Positions 20,583 to 32,335 of a DNA stretch of 64,000 bases are shown piece after piece. Each line of letters starts with the position of its first letter. Position 1 is the first letter of the stretch. The DNA is taken from assembly GCA_037481815.1 (NCBI GenBank), contig JBBFKX010000001.1, forward strand, positions 704,001-768,000, read 5' to 3'. A program made the position numbers and the translations under genes. Origin of the DNA: a candidate division WOR-3 bacterium (GTDB lineage: Bacteria; Hydrothermota; 32-111). The notes beneath the pieces were generated by a model that was not told the origin of the DNA, made no database searches, and worked only from the letters and a program-made list of their open reading frames with translations.

Positions 20583-21983
20583 ATGGAAACGTGTGTTAAG
20601 ATGGCTGACTACTTTTCAGGTTTTCTTGAAGAACTTGGAATTTTTGGTTACACGAATCTGGAACTACCAATAATAATTACTTTAGCAACACAAGATCCAA
20701 TACTTTTCGTTGGAACACATGGAACCGCTAAAACGATTCTCTGTAAAAGAATTGCTGAAACACTTTCTTTAAAATATCATTGTTACGATGCTTCAAAAGT
20801 CCTATTTGAAGATATTTTGGGATTTCCAAATCCAAATTCACTCAGAGAGGGGAAAATTGAGTATATAAGTACTCCGATTTCAATATGGGATAAAGAATTT
20901 ATTCTTATCGATGAAATCTCAAGAGCAAATTTTCAAACTCAAAGTAAATGGCTTGAAATTATTAGATCAAAAAAAATCATGGGTTTGGAAATTAAAAATC
21001 TAAAATACATTTTCGCTGCTATGAATCCCCAAAATTATGTTGGTACATTTGAAATCGACAAAGCACTTTTAGGAAGATTTTCGATGATCGTAGAAATACC
21101 CGATTTAAAATGTATGGATGATAATACCATAAAAAAAATTATAACTACCATACATTCAGATGATGCCAGAGGATTTATAAGAAACAGACCAGAATTTAAA
21201 AGCTCAAATTTTAAAAAGAATTTAGAAAATATAATAAACAAAATAAAAAATGATTTTTATAATAAAAAATATTTTGACATCTCAATAAATTTTGTTCAGA
21301 TTTTAATCAAATTGCTATTAGAAGAAAATATTGAAATAGATGGAAGACGTGCTGGAATGATATTTAGAAATGTTCATAGCGCAATATCTATTTATGACAA
21401 CGATTTTAAAGATAAACAGTTTAAAAATATCTTGAGCTGGATCTCTTTATATACAATCCCTTCGTTTGATAAAAAAGAAAAAGAAAAAATAAAAATTTGC
21501 ATTAAAAAGAGCACAGATATTTTAATCGATAAAAAAAATAAATATTACTTTTTCATCAAAAAAAATATCTTCTCTACATTAAATGAGTTTGCTTCTAATT
21601 ACAATAACCTTCAAAATGAAGAAAAAGAGGAGTTCTTTCTAAAACTTCTTGAATATTATCAGGAGTTAAAAAACGAAAAAGATATTGAAAAAATTCTTGA
21701 AATTTATCAGATCTCTTTTTTCCTTGAAAATTTTGTTGAAAACGAGCTAACCAATGGTAACGAGAAAATAGTGGAAATGTTTCAAATGGTTCAAAAACCT
21801 TTTTTATTTCCTAATCAAAAAAATTTTTTCAAAATACTTATTGTATTGAACCAGAAAGAGAAGTATAAAATCAATTACTTTATTGTTACTATATTAAGTA
21901 ATCTTGATCTCCAAAACGATAACGATATTATTGAACTTTATTATATTTCATTAAAATCTATGGAGGTAAACCATGCTCGTTAA
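20583..21983 (+). CDS. MoxR-type AAA+ ATPase
   Basis: Walker A GTHGTAKT, EDILGFP, Walker B ILIDEISRA, sensor AAMNP, arginine finger ALLGRF. Confidence 0.9.
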   Translation: METCVKMADYFSGFLEELGIFGYTNLELPIIITLATQDPILFVGTHGTAKTILCKRIAETLSLKYHCYDASKVLFEDILGFPNPNSLREGKIEYISTPISIWDKEFILIDEISRANFQTQSKWLEIIRSKKIMGLEIKNLKYIFAAMNPQNYVGTFEIDKALLGRFSMIVEIPDLKCMDDNTIKKIITTIHSDDARGFIRNRPEFKSSNFKKNLENIINKIKNDFYNKKYFDISINFVQILIKLLLEENIEIDGRRAGMIFRNVHSAISIYDNDFKDKQFKNILSWISLYTIPSFDKKEKEKIKICIKKSTDILIDKKNKYYFFIKKNIFSTLNEFASNYNNLQNEEKEEFFLKLLEYYQELKNEKDIEKILEIYQISFFLENFVENELTNGNEKIVEMFQMVQKPFLFPNQKNFFKILIVLNQKEKYKINYFIVTILSNLDLQNDNDIIELYYISLKSMEVNHAR

Positions 21984-23007
21984 CGGATTCAAATTGTTAT
22001 TCGATTTTAAAGAACATAAAACAAGTTTTTATGAGCGAATAAATGTTGAGTACCCTTTTGTTGAATGCTACAATAATCTCGAAAAGTTTCTTTTTGAAGA
22101 AAAAAACGAAATCTTTAAACCTTTTAAATTGAACCTATCGGATGGATCCATAAAATACGGAATTTTATCTTATTCTTCCATATCAGGTTTAAAAAATTTT
22201 TTAAAATCACAAAATAGTATTTACTCCATCGAAAACAAATCATTAATTTTAAGTCAGATCGAAAACGAATCATATCACATGAAAAAATCTTATCGTTTTA
22301 CAAGGGACAAATTCAAACTAGTAAACCATGGAATGTTACACAAAAAATTTTTTATGAACTACAAAGATGATATCTTTTTTTTAAAAAAGGAATCAATAGA
22401 CCCTTACAATTTTTATGACGACTCAGATTTTAATATAACATTTTCGTATAGTTTAACTGAAAAGGATTATAAAGATTTGAGGTTGAGATTGTTCAGAACT
22501 TTGTTTCTAATTCCTCCACAGAAAAATGAAAAACCAACAAAAACCTTTTGTTATAACTTTAAGAATTTTTTTTCAGTTAACAATGCCACTGAACTTCCTG
22601 AAGAAATACAGGAAGAATTTGAGAAATATGGTTTTCTCGGAAAGCCAAATTTTATCGAAAACTATTTTAACATGATAAATATAAAAATTAAGTACATCGT
22701 CAAAATTCCTGAAAAAGAAGAATTTAATAGATTACATCAGAATAAAAAAATAATAAAACCTAAACTTGAAAAAAATTTTTATTTTGTATTTTTTGATCCA
22801 TTCCCACAATATATTGAAGAAAAACTCGATAACACAAAACCAATAACGGATGTTGAACAAGCGTATTCGATCCTTATACATTCAGATTCAGGATATTATT
22901 TTAACTCAGAGAAAGATCCTTCTTTTAATCTCTTTTATGAAAAATTAGGGAAAAATAGTAAATATATATGTCTGGGAGAAGCCATACAGTTTCCAAAAAA
23001 GATTTAA
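21973..23007 (+). CDS. Hypothetical protein (344 aa)
   Basis: Long ORF, GGAGG SD, overlaps the MoxR stop; no motif recognised. Confidence 0.8.
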   Translation: MLVNGFKLLFDFKEHKTSFYERINVEYPFVECYNNLEKFLFEEKNEIFKPFKLNLSDGSIKYGILSYSSISGLKNFLKSQNSIYSIENKSLILSQIENESYHMKKSYRFTRDKFKLVNHGMLHKKFFMNYKDDIFFLKKESIDPYNFYDDSDFNITFSYSLTEKDYKDLRLRLFRTLFLIPPQKNEKPTKTFCYNFKNFFSVNNATELPEEIQEEFEKYGFLGKPNFIENYFNMINIKIKYIVKIPEKEEFNRLHQNKKIIKPKLEKNFYFVFFDPFPQYIEEKLDNTKPITDVEQAYSILIHSDSGYYFNSEKDPSFNLFYEKLGKNSKYICLGEAIQFPKKI

Positions 23008-23016
23008 AGAGGTTTT

Positions 23017-24303
23017 ATGTCGAACAAAAATATCAAAAAAATATTCTCTGACATTTTAAATAAAAACTTTGAGCAATTTTCAAGTAAAATCACCTTTCTA
23101 TTTTCTAATGAAACTCCAACTGCCTGTGTAAAAAGAAATCAAAATAATTTTTTATTGGTGGTCAATAAGAATTTTATAGAAAAATACAATTTAAATTTAT
23201 TTGATATCGAATTTGTCTTACACCATGAACTCTCACATTTAAAATTCGGTGATCTCAATAAAATTTTTTCTACAAACCTTACCGAAAAAGAAAGAGTTGT
23301 TGTGAATATTGTTCTTGATATAACCATCAACTCGTTGTTAATCAAAAATCTCCCTTTTACAAAATATCTTACAATATTTGAAAAACTATACAATTTATCA
23401 AGTTTCCCCTCTTTTTTGCTTTATCCACCATCACTTTATGATTTTCACAAAAAAAAGGAAAGTTTAAAAAAATTGTTATTGGTAAAAGGTACAGATGAGT
23501 TTAATGCTGAATTTCTTCTTGATCTATACATAAAAATGTGGGATTTAAAAATTTCAGAAACTGAGGCATTTTACAGTTTAAAAGATTTTCTTGAAATTTT
23601 TGAAGATAATAATCCGATCTTTTTGGGTTCCCATGAAAAAAAAGGTTATTCAAACAGACCTCTTGATAAAATAATAAATCTGAGATTAGAAAAATCTGAT
23701 TGGAGAGATGGAAATAAAAACATCTATGAATTTTTGAAATTTATAAACAGTATGTTATCAGAAGGTGAAAATTTCGCTTCCAAAATAATCGAACAGAATA
23801 TTTTTTATAATGTGATCGATCATATCTCAAGAAAAGATATACTTTTCAATTTTTATAATGTTGAAAAATTACTCTACGAAAATAAAATTTTCAACGAAGA
23901 TTTTATAAAAAAAGACCTTTCAATTTATATCGATGTTTCCGGTTCATTTTTGAAAACCTATCCATTTATTGTTAAACTGATTTCACAGTTAAAAAATTTT
24001 TATTTTATAGAAATTTTTCAGTTCAGTTCAACGGTTGAAAAAATTAATTTTGATGACTTTTTAAAAGGAATTGTTGTAACAAACAATATGACCAGTATCA
24101 ATGCTGTTTTGAAGCATATAATTGATAACAATTACAAAAATGCACTTATCATAAGTGATGGTTTAATATCTAATCCTTCATATGACCTTATTTTTAAAAT
24201 AAAAGAAAAAAATATTAAAATATTCTCTATCATTACAAGGAAACATTCAGAAAATAAAATTAAACAATTTTCTTATAAATACTTTTTTCTTAAAATAAAC
24301 TAA
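23017..24303 (+). CDS. HExxH metallopeptidase-like domain fused to vWA domain (DUF2201-like)
   Basis: PTAC, FVLHHELSH, NIVLDITIN; MIDAS YIDVSGS...T...IISDG. Confidence 0.85.
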   Translation: MSNKNIKKIFSDILNKNFEQFSSKITFLFSNETPTACVKRNQNNFLLVVNKNFIEKYNLNLFDIEFVLHHELSHLKFGDLNKIFSTNLTEKERVVVNIVLDITINSLLIKNLPFTKYLTIFEKLYNLSSFPSFLLYPPSLYDFHKKKESLKKLLLVKGTDEFNAEFLLDLYIKMWDLKISETEAFYSLKDFLEIFEDNNPIFLGSHEKKGYSNRPLDKIINLRLEKSDWRDGNKNIYEFLKFINSMLSEGENFASKIIEQNIFYNVIDHISRKDILFNFYNVEKLLYENKIFNEDFIKKDLSIYIDVSGSFLKTYPFIVKLISQLKNFYFIEIFQFSSTVEKINFDDFLKGIVVTNNMTSINAVLKHIIDNNYKNALIISDGLISNPSYDLIFKIKEKNIKIFSIITRKHSENKIKQFSYKYFFLKIN

Positions 24304-24314
24304 AAGGAGGAGAA

Positions 24315-24764
24315 ATGAATAAAGAAGTTTCAAAATTTTCAGATGATAAAAATTTTTCAGTTACTATTGACTTAAAAGATGTATTTAAGGAACATAGGGT
24401 AAAAGTAAAGAAAAAGAAAATAAACTATGGAGGAAACATTAAATTTGGATTTAACTCATGTCAATATAAATTTTATAAAGATACATTTAAAGAAACAATT
24501 TTAAGAGCGATAGAGGGAGTTTTAACACACGAACCAGTTGATGAGAAAGAAAATTTTTTACAGGGAATCTCAGATAAACTTGAAATAAGTGTTAAATACA
24601 ACAATTTTGATGACTCTTCTGAAATAAGAATCAAAAAAATTTCTCATTCTGCTTTGATTACACTTGCATATTACCTTTTAAGGGTGATAAAAGTTTTTGA
24701 ATGTGAGGTTAAGAGTGATAGGGACCAAGGATATGGTCTTGTTGCTGTTGATGAAGCGATTTAA
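24315..24764 (+). CDS. Hypothetical protein (149 aa)
   Basis: AAGGAGGAG SD, operonic spacing; no motif recognised. Confidence 0.75.
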   Translation: MNKEVSKFSDDKNFSVTIDLKDVFKEHRVKVKKKKINYGGNIKFGFNSCQYKFYKDTFKETILRAIEGVLTHEPVDEKENFLQGISDKLEISVKYNNFDDSSEIRIKKISHSALITLAYYLLRVIKVFECEVKSDRDQGYGLVAVDEAI

Positions 24765-24779
24765 AAAATTTTTAAAAAA

Positions 24780-24853
24780 CGGGAGCGACGAGACTCGAAC
24801 TCGCGACCTCTTGCGTGACAGGCAAGCGTTCTAACCAACTGAACTACGCCCCC
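24780..24853 (-). tRNA. tRNA-Asp(GTC)
   Basis: GGGGGCG/CGCTCCC acceptor stem, CTTGC-ctGTCac-GCAAG anticodon arm, GTTCGAGT T-loop; CCA not encoded. Confidence 0.95.
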
Positions 24854-24899
24854 GTTTAAGGGATGTTATAATATCATAGAAATAAAATTTTGTCAATAT

Positions 24900-27154
<2,255 letters not shown>

Positions 27155-27194
27155 AGTGTTAAATTATATCATAAATTCAGAGATTATCAACTAT

Positions 27195-27839
27195 CTAAAC
27201 ACCGATTTTTTCACAGAGTTTATTTAAAACACACAGACCACATTTTGGTTTTACAGGTTTACAAACATTCTGCCCCCATAAAACAAGTAATTCGTTGTAA
27301 ACTATCCAGTATTTTTTAGGTAAAACTTTCATCAGTTCGATTTCAGTTTCATAAGGGCTTTTTGTTTTTATTATTCCAAATCTGTTTGAAATCCTGTGAA
27401 CATGGGTATCAACACATATACCTTTTTTTCCGTAACCTAACGATAAAACAAGATTTGCAGTTTTTCGTCCGACACCCTTTAATTTCAAAAGTTGTTCCAT
27501 CTCATCAGGCACCTTTCCACCATATTTTTCAATTATCGTTTGAGAAACATTTTTTATCACTTTTGCTTTATTTCTATAGAATCCCGCTTTTTTTATCAGT
27601 TTTTCTATCTCGCTGTTTTCAAGTTTCACCATTTTATAAGGAGTATCTGCTACTTTGAAAAGTTTTAAAGATACCTCTTCTGTAATCTTATCTTTGGTTC
27701 TAAGCGAGATCAGAGTTGATATCAAGATTTTATAGGGAGTACTTTTTTCAAAAAGTTTACCTACAACGGGTTTTCCATATTTCTTTGTTTCCTTTAAGAG
27801 AATTTTTATAATCTTTATAAAAACTTTTTTATCCATCAA
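27195..27839 (-). CDS. nth: Endonuclease III
   Basis: HhH motif LKGVGRKTA, VDTHVHRI, C-terminal CX6CX2CX5C. Confidence 0.95.
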   Translation of the reverse strand: MMDKKVFIKIIKILLKETKKYGKPVVGKLFEKSTPYKILISTLISLRTKDKITEEVSLKLFKVADTPYKMVKLENSEIEKLIKKAGFYRNKAKVIKNVSQTIIEKYGGKVPDEMEQLLKLKGVGRKTANLVLSLGYGKKGICVDTHVHRISNRFGIIKTKSPYETEIELMKVLPKKYWIVYNELLVLWGQNVCKPVKPKCGLCVLNKLCEKIGV

Positions 27840-28741
27840 AATAACAATAAAGTTAAGGCAACATAGATAGATTCAAGCAAATATAACAATCGATAGAATC
27901 TTCTAAAATTTCTCGGGAAATTAAAATCGATATTCGATTTTAAAACTTTTATAAAATAATAGAGTTGTAGAAACATTCCAGGTAAAAAGGCAATTCCGGT
28001 ATAAATAGGAATTATTTTGAAAAATGATATCGTTAAAAAATATAGACAGGAGATAAAAAATATTGAAGTAGAAAGTATAAACGATCCTTTGATACCCAAT
28101 CTGTGTGCGATAGTGATGACATTGTTTTCTTTATCTGATTGATAATCAACATTGTAATGGTTTATATGTCCCGCTATTTCTATCAGTCCAAAGAACAGGG
28201 AAAAGAAGATAAGATCAAAAGAATAGTAACCCAAAATATATGAACCAAATATTGCAAGGAAAGGCATCGTCAGAAGATCAAGAAGAAAAGGGAAAAAAAC
28301 TCCCTTTTTAAACATAACGAGTGGATGTGTATAGAGAATCCAGCCAAGCATAAGAAAAATGAAATAGATTGTGAAATATGGATTTATAAAGAGAGAAAAG
28401 AAAATATTTGATAAAAAAAAGAACGATGAAATATAGAAAAGAAACTTTTTATCAACACCTTTAAACCTTTCTTCAAATTTCTTTTTTCTGTCCTTCAGGT
28501 CAAGCTCAAATGTTGCATAGTTGTTGTATGAAAGAACCTGCGATAAAAAAGAGAATACGGCAAGAATTCCAAAAAGTGTTTTGATGTTTATTTCAGGGAA
28601 TCCCAACCTGTATGTCGCATAGATGAATCCAGCGAAAGTTATAAAAAAATGTTGAATGTTCTCATAAGGTCGTATAGCAAAAAATAGAGATCTTAGATGG
28701 TTTTTAAGAGTTTTCATTTTTAAGTATCCCTTCTGATGCAA
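27836..28741 (-). CDS. UbiA prenyltransferase family membrane protein
   Basis: IRP N-terminal motif, multiple TM helices, YTHP..K, Asp-rich VDYQSD; first Asp-rich motif degenerate. Start may be the second Met. Confidence 0.7.
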   Translation of the reverse strand: MHQKGYLKMKTLKNHLRSLFFAIRPYENIQHFFITFAGFIYATYRLGFPEINIKTLFGILAVFSFLSQVLSYNNYATFELDLKDRKKKFEERFKGVDKKFLFYISSFFFLSNIFFSLFINPYFTIYFIFLMLGWILYTHPLVMFKKGVFFPFLLDLLTMPFLAIFGSYILGYYSFDLIFFSLFFGLIEIAGHINHYNVDYQSDKENNVITIAHRLGIKGSFILSTSIFFISCLYFLTISFFKIIPIYTGIAFLPGMFLQLYYFIKVLKSNIDFNFPRNFRRFYRLLYLLESIYVALTLLLF

Positions 28742-30029
28742 TTATACCTGATATCGCCGCTCCAACTATACCTCTTGATTTGCCAGCACCGTCACCTGCT
28801 ACAAAAATATTTTTTACATTCGTTTCAAGTTTTTCTGTGGTATTGTAAACAAGTGAATAGAATTTCACCTCAGGTGCGTATATTATATTTTCCTCTTTCA
28901 AAATCGTGTTTCCAAAAATTTTGTTAAGTTTTATCAGTGCTTCTTTTAACTCCTTAATTATCTTGTAAGGATAAGACATTCTTATATCTCCAGGTGTTAC
29001 AAGTTTTCCAACATTGAGTGTTGGCTTCACCCGATCAAACCATCTCGTTTTATCAAAAAATGTTTCCTCTTTGCTTCTTTTCTCATCAAGAAAGTCGCCA
29101 ACCCTTTGTATTATTGGCCTACCATTTCCAAGAATATTTGTTGAAATAGCTATCAATCGTCCATAAACAAAAGGATCGGTTAACGGTTCGGTCAAAATTA
29201 TTGTATCAAGAAGTGCAAAATTTGTGTTTTCAGTTTTACTGCTTTTTAAAGCATCTCCATTTACAAGAGTGAAATCATCATACCTTTCAAGTGTAACTCT
29301 GCCACCCGGATTGGTACAGAATGTTCTTAAAATGTTTCCATACTTTGATTTTATTTTGAACTTTGGGTCATAGATCACATCGGTTATAGGATACGATTCG
29401 TTTCTCATCTCAACTCTGATACCAACATCGATCTTTTTGCCGTTCGAATATGAGATGTTCAACCTATTCGAGATCTCCCTCAGCCATTTTGAACCACTTC
29501 TTCCAGGAGCCAAAATCACATATTTCCCTTCGAAACTTTCTCCTTTAGATGTCTCAAGGTTATAAAATTTATCTTTGATTTTTATATCAACTATTTCGGT
29601 TGAAAGTTTGAACTTTACTCCCTTCTTTTCAAGAAAATCTCTGAAGTTTTTTATAACATTTTTTGAAAGATCGGTTCCTATATGTCTCTGGATAGCGGGT
29701 ATGAATTCTACATCGTTTCTTTTTGCCCTTTCATCCCATTCCTTATAGAGTGTCTGGTCATCACCAAAAATCTGATCAGGTGCCCCAAATTTCAAAAATG
29801 TCTTATCGATAAACTCTATATACTCTTTTGCTTTATCTTTTGAAATCTTTAACTCATCAAGATCCATTCCAATTTCTGTTGAAAGGTTCAACTTACAATC
29901 GTTTAACATTCCACCTGAAGGAAATGGATTTTTGTCGATGATGAGAATCGAATCTTTACCCTCTTTTACAAGATTCAAGGCAGCGAAAAGACCAGCAGGT
30001 CCTGAACCAACAATTATTACTTCATACAT
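28704..30029 (-). CDS. FAD-dependent oxidoreductase (COG2509-like)
   Basis: IVGSGPAG, RHIGTD, RTFCTNPGG, PEVKFYS, GDGAGKSRG. Confidence 0.85.
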   Translation of the reverse strand: MYEVIIVGSGPAGLFAALNLVKEGKDSILIIDKNPFPSGGMLNDCKLNLSTEIGMDLDELKISKDKAKEYIEFIDKTFLKFGAPDQIFGDDQTLYKEWDERAKRNDVEFIPAIQRHIGTDLSKNVIKNFRDFLEKKGVKFKLSTEIVDIKIKDKFYNLETSKGESFEGKYVILAPGRSGSKWLREISNRLNISYSNGKKIDVGIRVEMRNESYPITDVIYDPKFKIKSKYGNILRTFCTNPGGRVTLERYDDFTLVNGDALKSSKTENTNFALLDTIILTEPLTDPFVYGRLIAISTNILGNGRPIIQRVGDFLDEKRSKEETFFDKTRWFDRVKPTLNVGKLVTPGDIRMSYPYKIIKELKEALIKLNKIFGNTILKEENIIYAPEVKFYSLVYNTTEKLETNVKNIFVAGDGAGKSRGIVGAAISGIIASEGILKNENS

Positions 30030-30069
30030 AAAAGAAGATTATATCAAAAAAAAAAATGATGTAAATATT

Positions 30070-31095
30070 TTATAAATCAACAGGGATATCTGTTATAAGT
30101 TTTTCTCTTCGATCGCCCCTTTCTTTAACGAGTATTTTTCCTGCTCTTTTAACTGTTTCTTCGGTTATCATCAAGGTAGACTTTTCATCCTCTTTAAGAC
30201 AGATTTTGTTATCGTAAAGTTGATATTTTTCTCTATACTCCTGTGGAGTATAGTTTGGCATTATAACATTTGCTCCACTGTTTAACGCTTTTTCTCTTCC
30301 CTCTTTATCAAGAGTGGCCATAGAGGTCGTTGCAGGAATATTCGTGTTGATCGTAACCAATCTTAACAATGCGATGAAGTTCAAAACGAGTTCAAAATCA
30401 GGTGGTTTTTGGTCTTTCAAGGGTGTCTGGTGATGTGGAATGAAAGGGCCAACTCCAAGCATATCAAAATCATAAATTTTAAAAAACAGAATATCCTTTG
30501 CAAGGTCATCATGTGTTTGACCCGGAAGACCTATCATCACTCCAGTTCCCGTTTCATAACCAAGTTCCTTTAAAGTTAAAAGTGCTTCTAACCTTACATC
30601 GAAATCATCATCGGGATGTAATTTTTTAAAAAGTTCTCTATTTGTCGTTTCTATCCTCAACAGGAATCTATCTGCACCAGCTCTTTTCCATTCATAATAT
30701 CTTTCCCTTCTTCTTTCACCGACAGAGAGTGTTATTGCCATATCAAAATTTTTTTTCGTGTATTCGATTATCTCCGTTAGATCTCTGTCGTATATATCAA
30801 CCTCCCCACTCTGTAAAACAATTGTTCGAAAACCATCCTCATAACTTTTTTTTATCAACTCTTTTATCCGTTCTTTTTCAATAGTGTACCTTGGAATTTT
30901 ACTGTTGCTTTTTCTTATTCCACAATACAAACAATCTTTTTTACATAGATTTGAAAACTCGATTATACCTCTTAAATAAACATTTTTTCCGTAAATTTTT
31001 TCGGTTAAACTGTTCGCCTTTTCTCGAAGTAACAAAGAATCGTCTCCCTTACTTTTTAAAAGCAATGAAAGTTGCTCCAAGGTATAATCTTTCAT
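30070..31095 (-). CDS. hydE: [FeFe]-hydrogenase maturase, radical SAM HydE
   Basis: RGIIEFSNLCKKDCLYC, GPFIPH, YQLYDNK; operon with hydF and hydG. Confidence 0.93.
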   Translation of the reverse strand: MKDYTLEQLSLLLKSKGDDSLLLREKANSLTEKIYGKNVYLRGIIEFSNLCKKDCLYCGIRKSNSKIPRYTIEKERIKELIKKSYEDGFRTIVLQSGEVDIYDRDLTEIIEYTKKNFDMAITLSVGERRRERYYEWKRAGADRFLLRIETTNRELFKKLHPDDDFDVRLEALLTLKELGYETGTGVMIGLPGQTHDDLAKDILFFKIYDFDMLGVGPFIPHHQTPLKDQKPPDFELVLNFIALLRLVTINTNIPATTSMATLDKEGREKALNSGANVIMPNYTPQEYREKYQLYDNKICLKEDEKSTLMITEETVKRAGKILVKERGDRREKLITDIPVDL

Positions 31096-32327
31096 CTGTT
31101 CTCCGGGAAAATATTTATATACTCTCTATAGACATCATCAAAAACTCTTATAGTTCTTTTTAGCGCGTTATGTATGTGAGAGATTATAACACCATAATTC
31201 GTAACTGGTATGTTCTGCTCTTTTGCTTTTGAGATCCTTGAAAGAACCTCTTTTCTGTTAACCATACAACTTCCACAGAGAATCACAAGTTTTGACCCTT
31301 CAAGGTTTTGGTGTATCATTATCCCAGGATTCATCACAAAATTTAACTTTTTACCTGTATAATTTTCGATCCATTTTGGAAGTTTATATCTACCGATATC
31401 ATCCGGCTGCGGATGATGAGTACATGCTTCGGCAATAAAAATTTTATCACCATCCTTTAACTCTTTTAAGACCTTAAGACCTCTTACATACTCTATCAGA
31501 TCACCTTTCAACCTTGAGAAAACTATCGAATAAGTTGTGATATCAATATCCTCTGGAACAACTTTAGCAACAAAGTCAACAACCTGAGAATCGGTGATCA
31601 CGAGTTTTGGTTTTTTATTCAAAATTTTCAAACTCTGCTCAAGTTCGGTATGCTGAACAACAATGGAAATCGAATTTGCATCAAGAGCATCTCTTAACAC
31701 CTGCTCCTGTGGAAGTATAACTCTACCTTTCGGAGCAGCAGAATCAATCGGTATAACCTGTACAATTATGTCATTCTTTCCAACGATGTCTCTGATTATT
31801 ATATCGGATGTGATCACCTCTTTTAAAAGGGATGCGATCTTCTCTCTCAATTTTAAAATATTTTCTCCTGTTGAAGATGAAACTTCCATATATTCAAGAT
31901 TTTCAGTGTTTATCCAGTTTAAAACCTTTTTATCAGTTTTTTCAATATCCATCTTTGAAAAAACAACAAGGATCTTTTCACCTTTGTTTTTCATTTTCTT
32001 TATAAAATCTTTATCAAACTCATTAAAAGTAGAATATGTTGAAACAAGGATTATTAGATCAGTTTTTCCCAAAACCTCAAGAGATTTTTTAACTCTCTCC
32101 TTTCCAAGTTCACCCTCATCATCTATCCCTGCAGTATCTACAATGTAAACAGGTCCGAGTGGTAAAATTTCCATCCTTTTTCCAACAGGGTCGGTAGTTG
32201 TTCCAGGAATATCTGAAACTATAGCGATCTTCTGGCCTGTTAAACTGTTGATCAGAGAAGATTTTCCAACATTTCTTTTACCAAAAATTCCTATGTGGGG
32301 AGCCATCGAAAGTAATTCTTTTTTCAT
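31092..32327 (-). CDS. hydF: [FeFe]-hydrogenase maturation GTPase HydF
   Basis: GKRNVGKSS, GTTTDPV, DTAG, APKGRVILPQ, EACTHH...CGSC. Confidence 0.95.
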   Translation of the reverse strand: MKKELLSMAPHIGIFGKRNVGKSSLINSLTGQKIAIVSDIPGTTTDPVGKRMEILPLGPVYIVDTAGIDDEGELGKERVKKSLEVLGKTDLIILVSTYSTFNEFDKDFIKKMKNKGEKILVVFSKMDIEKTDKKVLNWINTENLEYMEVSSSTGENILKLREKIASLLKEVITSDIIIRDIVGKNDIIVQVIPIDSAAPKGRVILPQEQVLRDALDANSISIVVQHTELEQSLKILNKKPKLVITDSQVVDFVAKVVPEDIDITTYSIVFSRLKGDLIEYVRGLKVLKELKDGDKIFIAEACTHHPQPDDIGRYKLPKWIENYTGKKLNFVMNPGIMIHQNLEGSKLVILCGSCMVNRKEVLSRISKAKEQNIPVTNYGVIISHIHNALKRTIRVFDDVYREYINIFPENR

Positions 32328-32335
32328 AAAAACCT

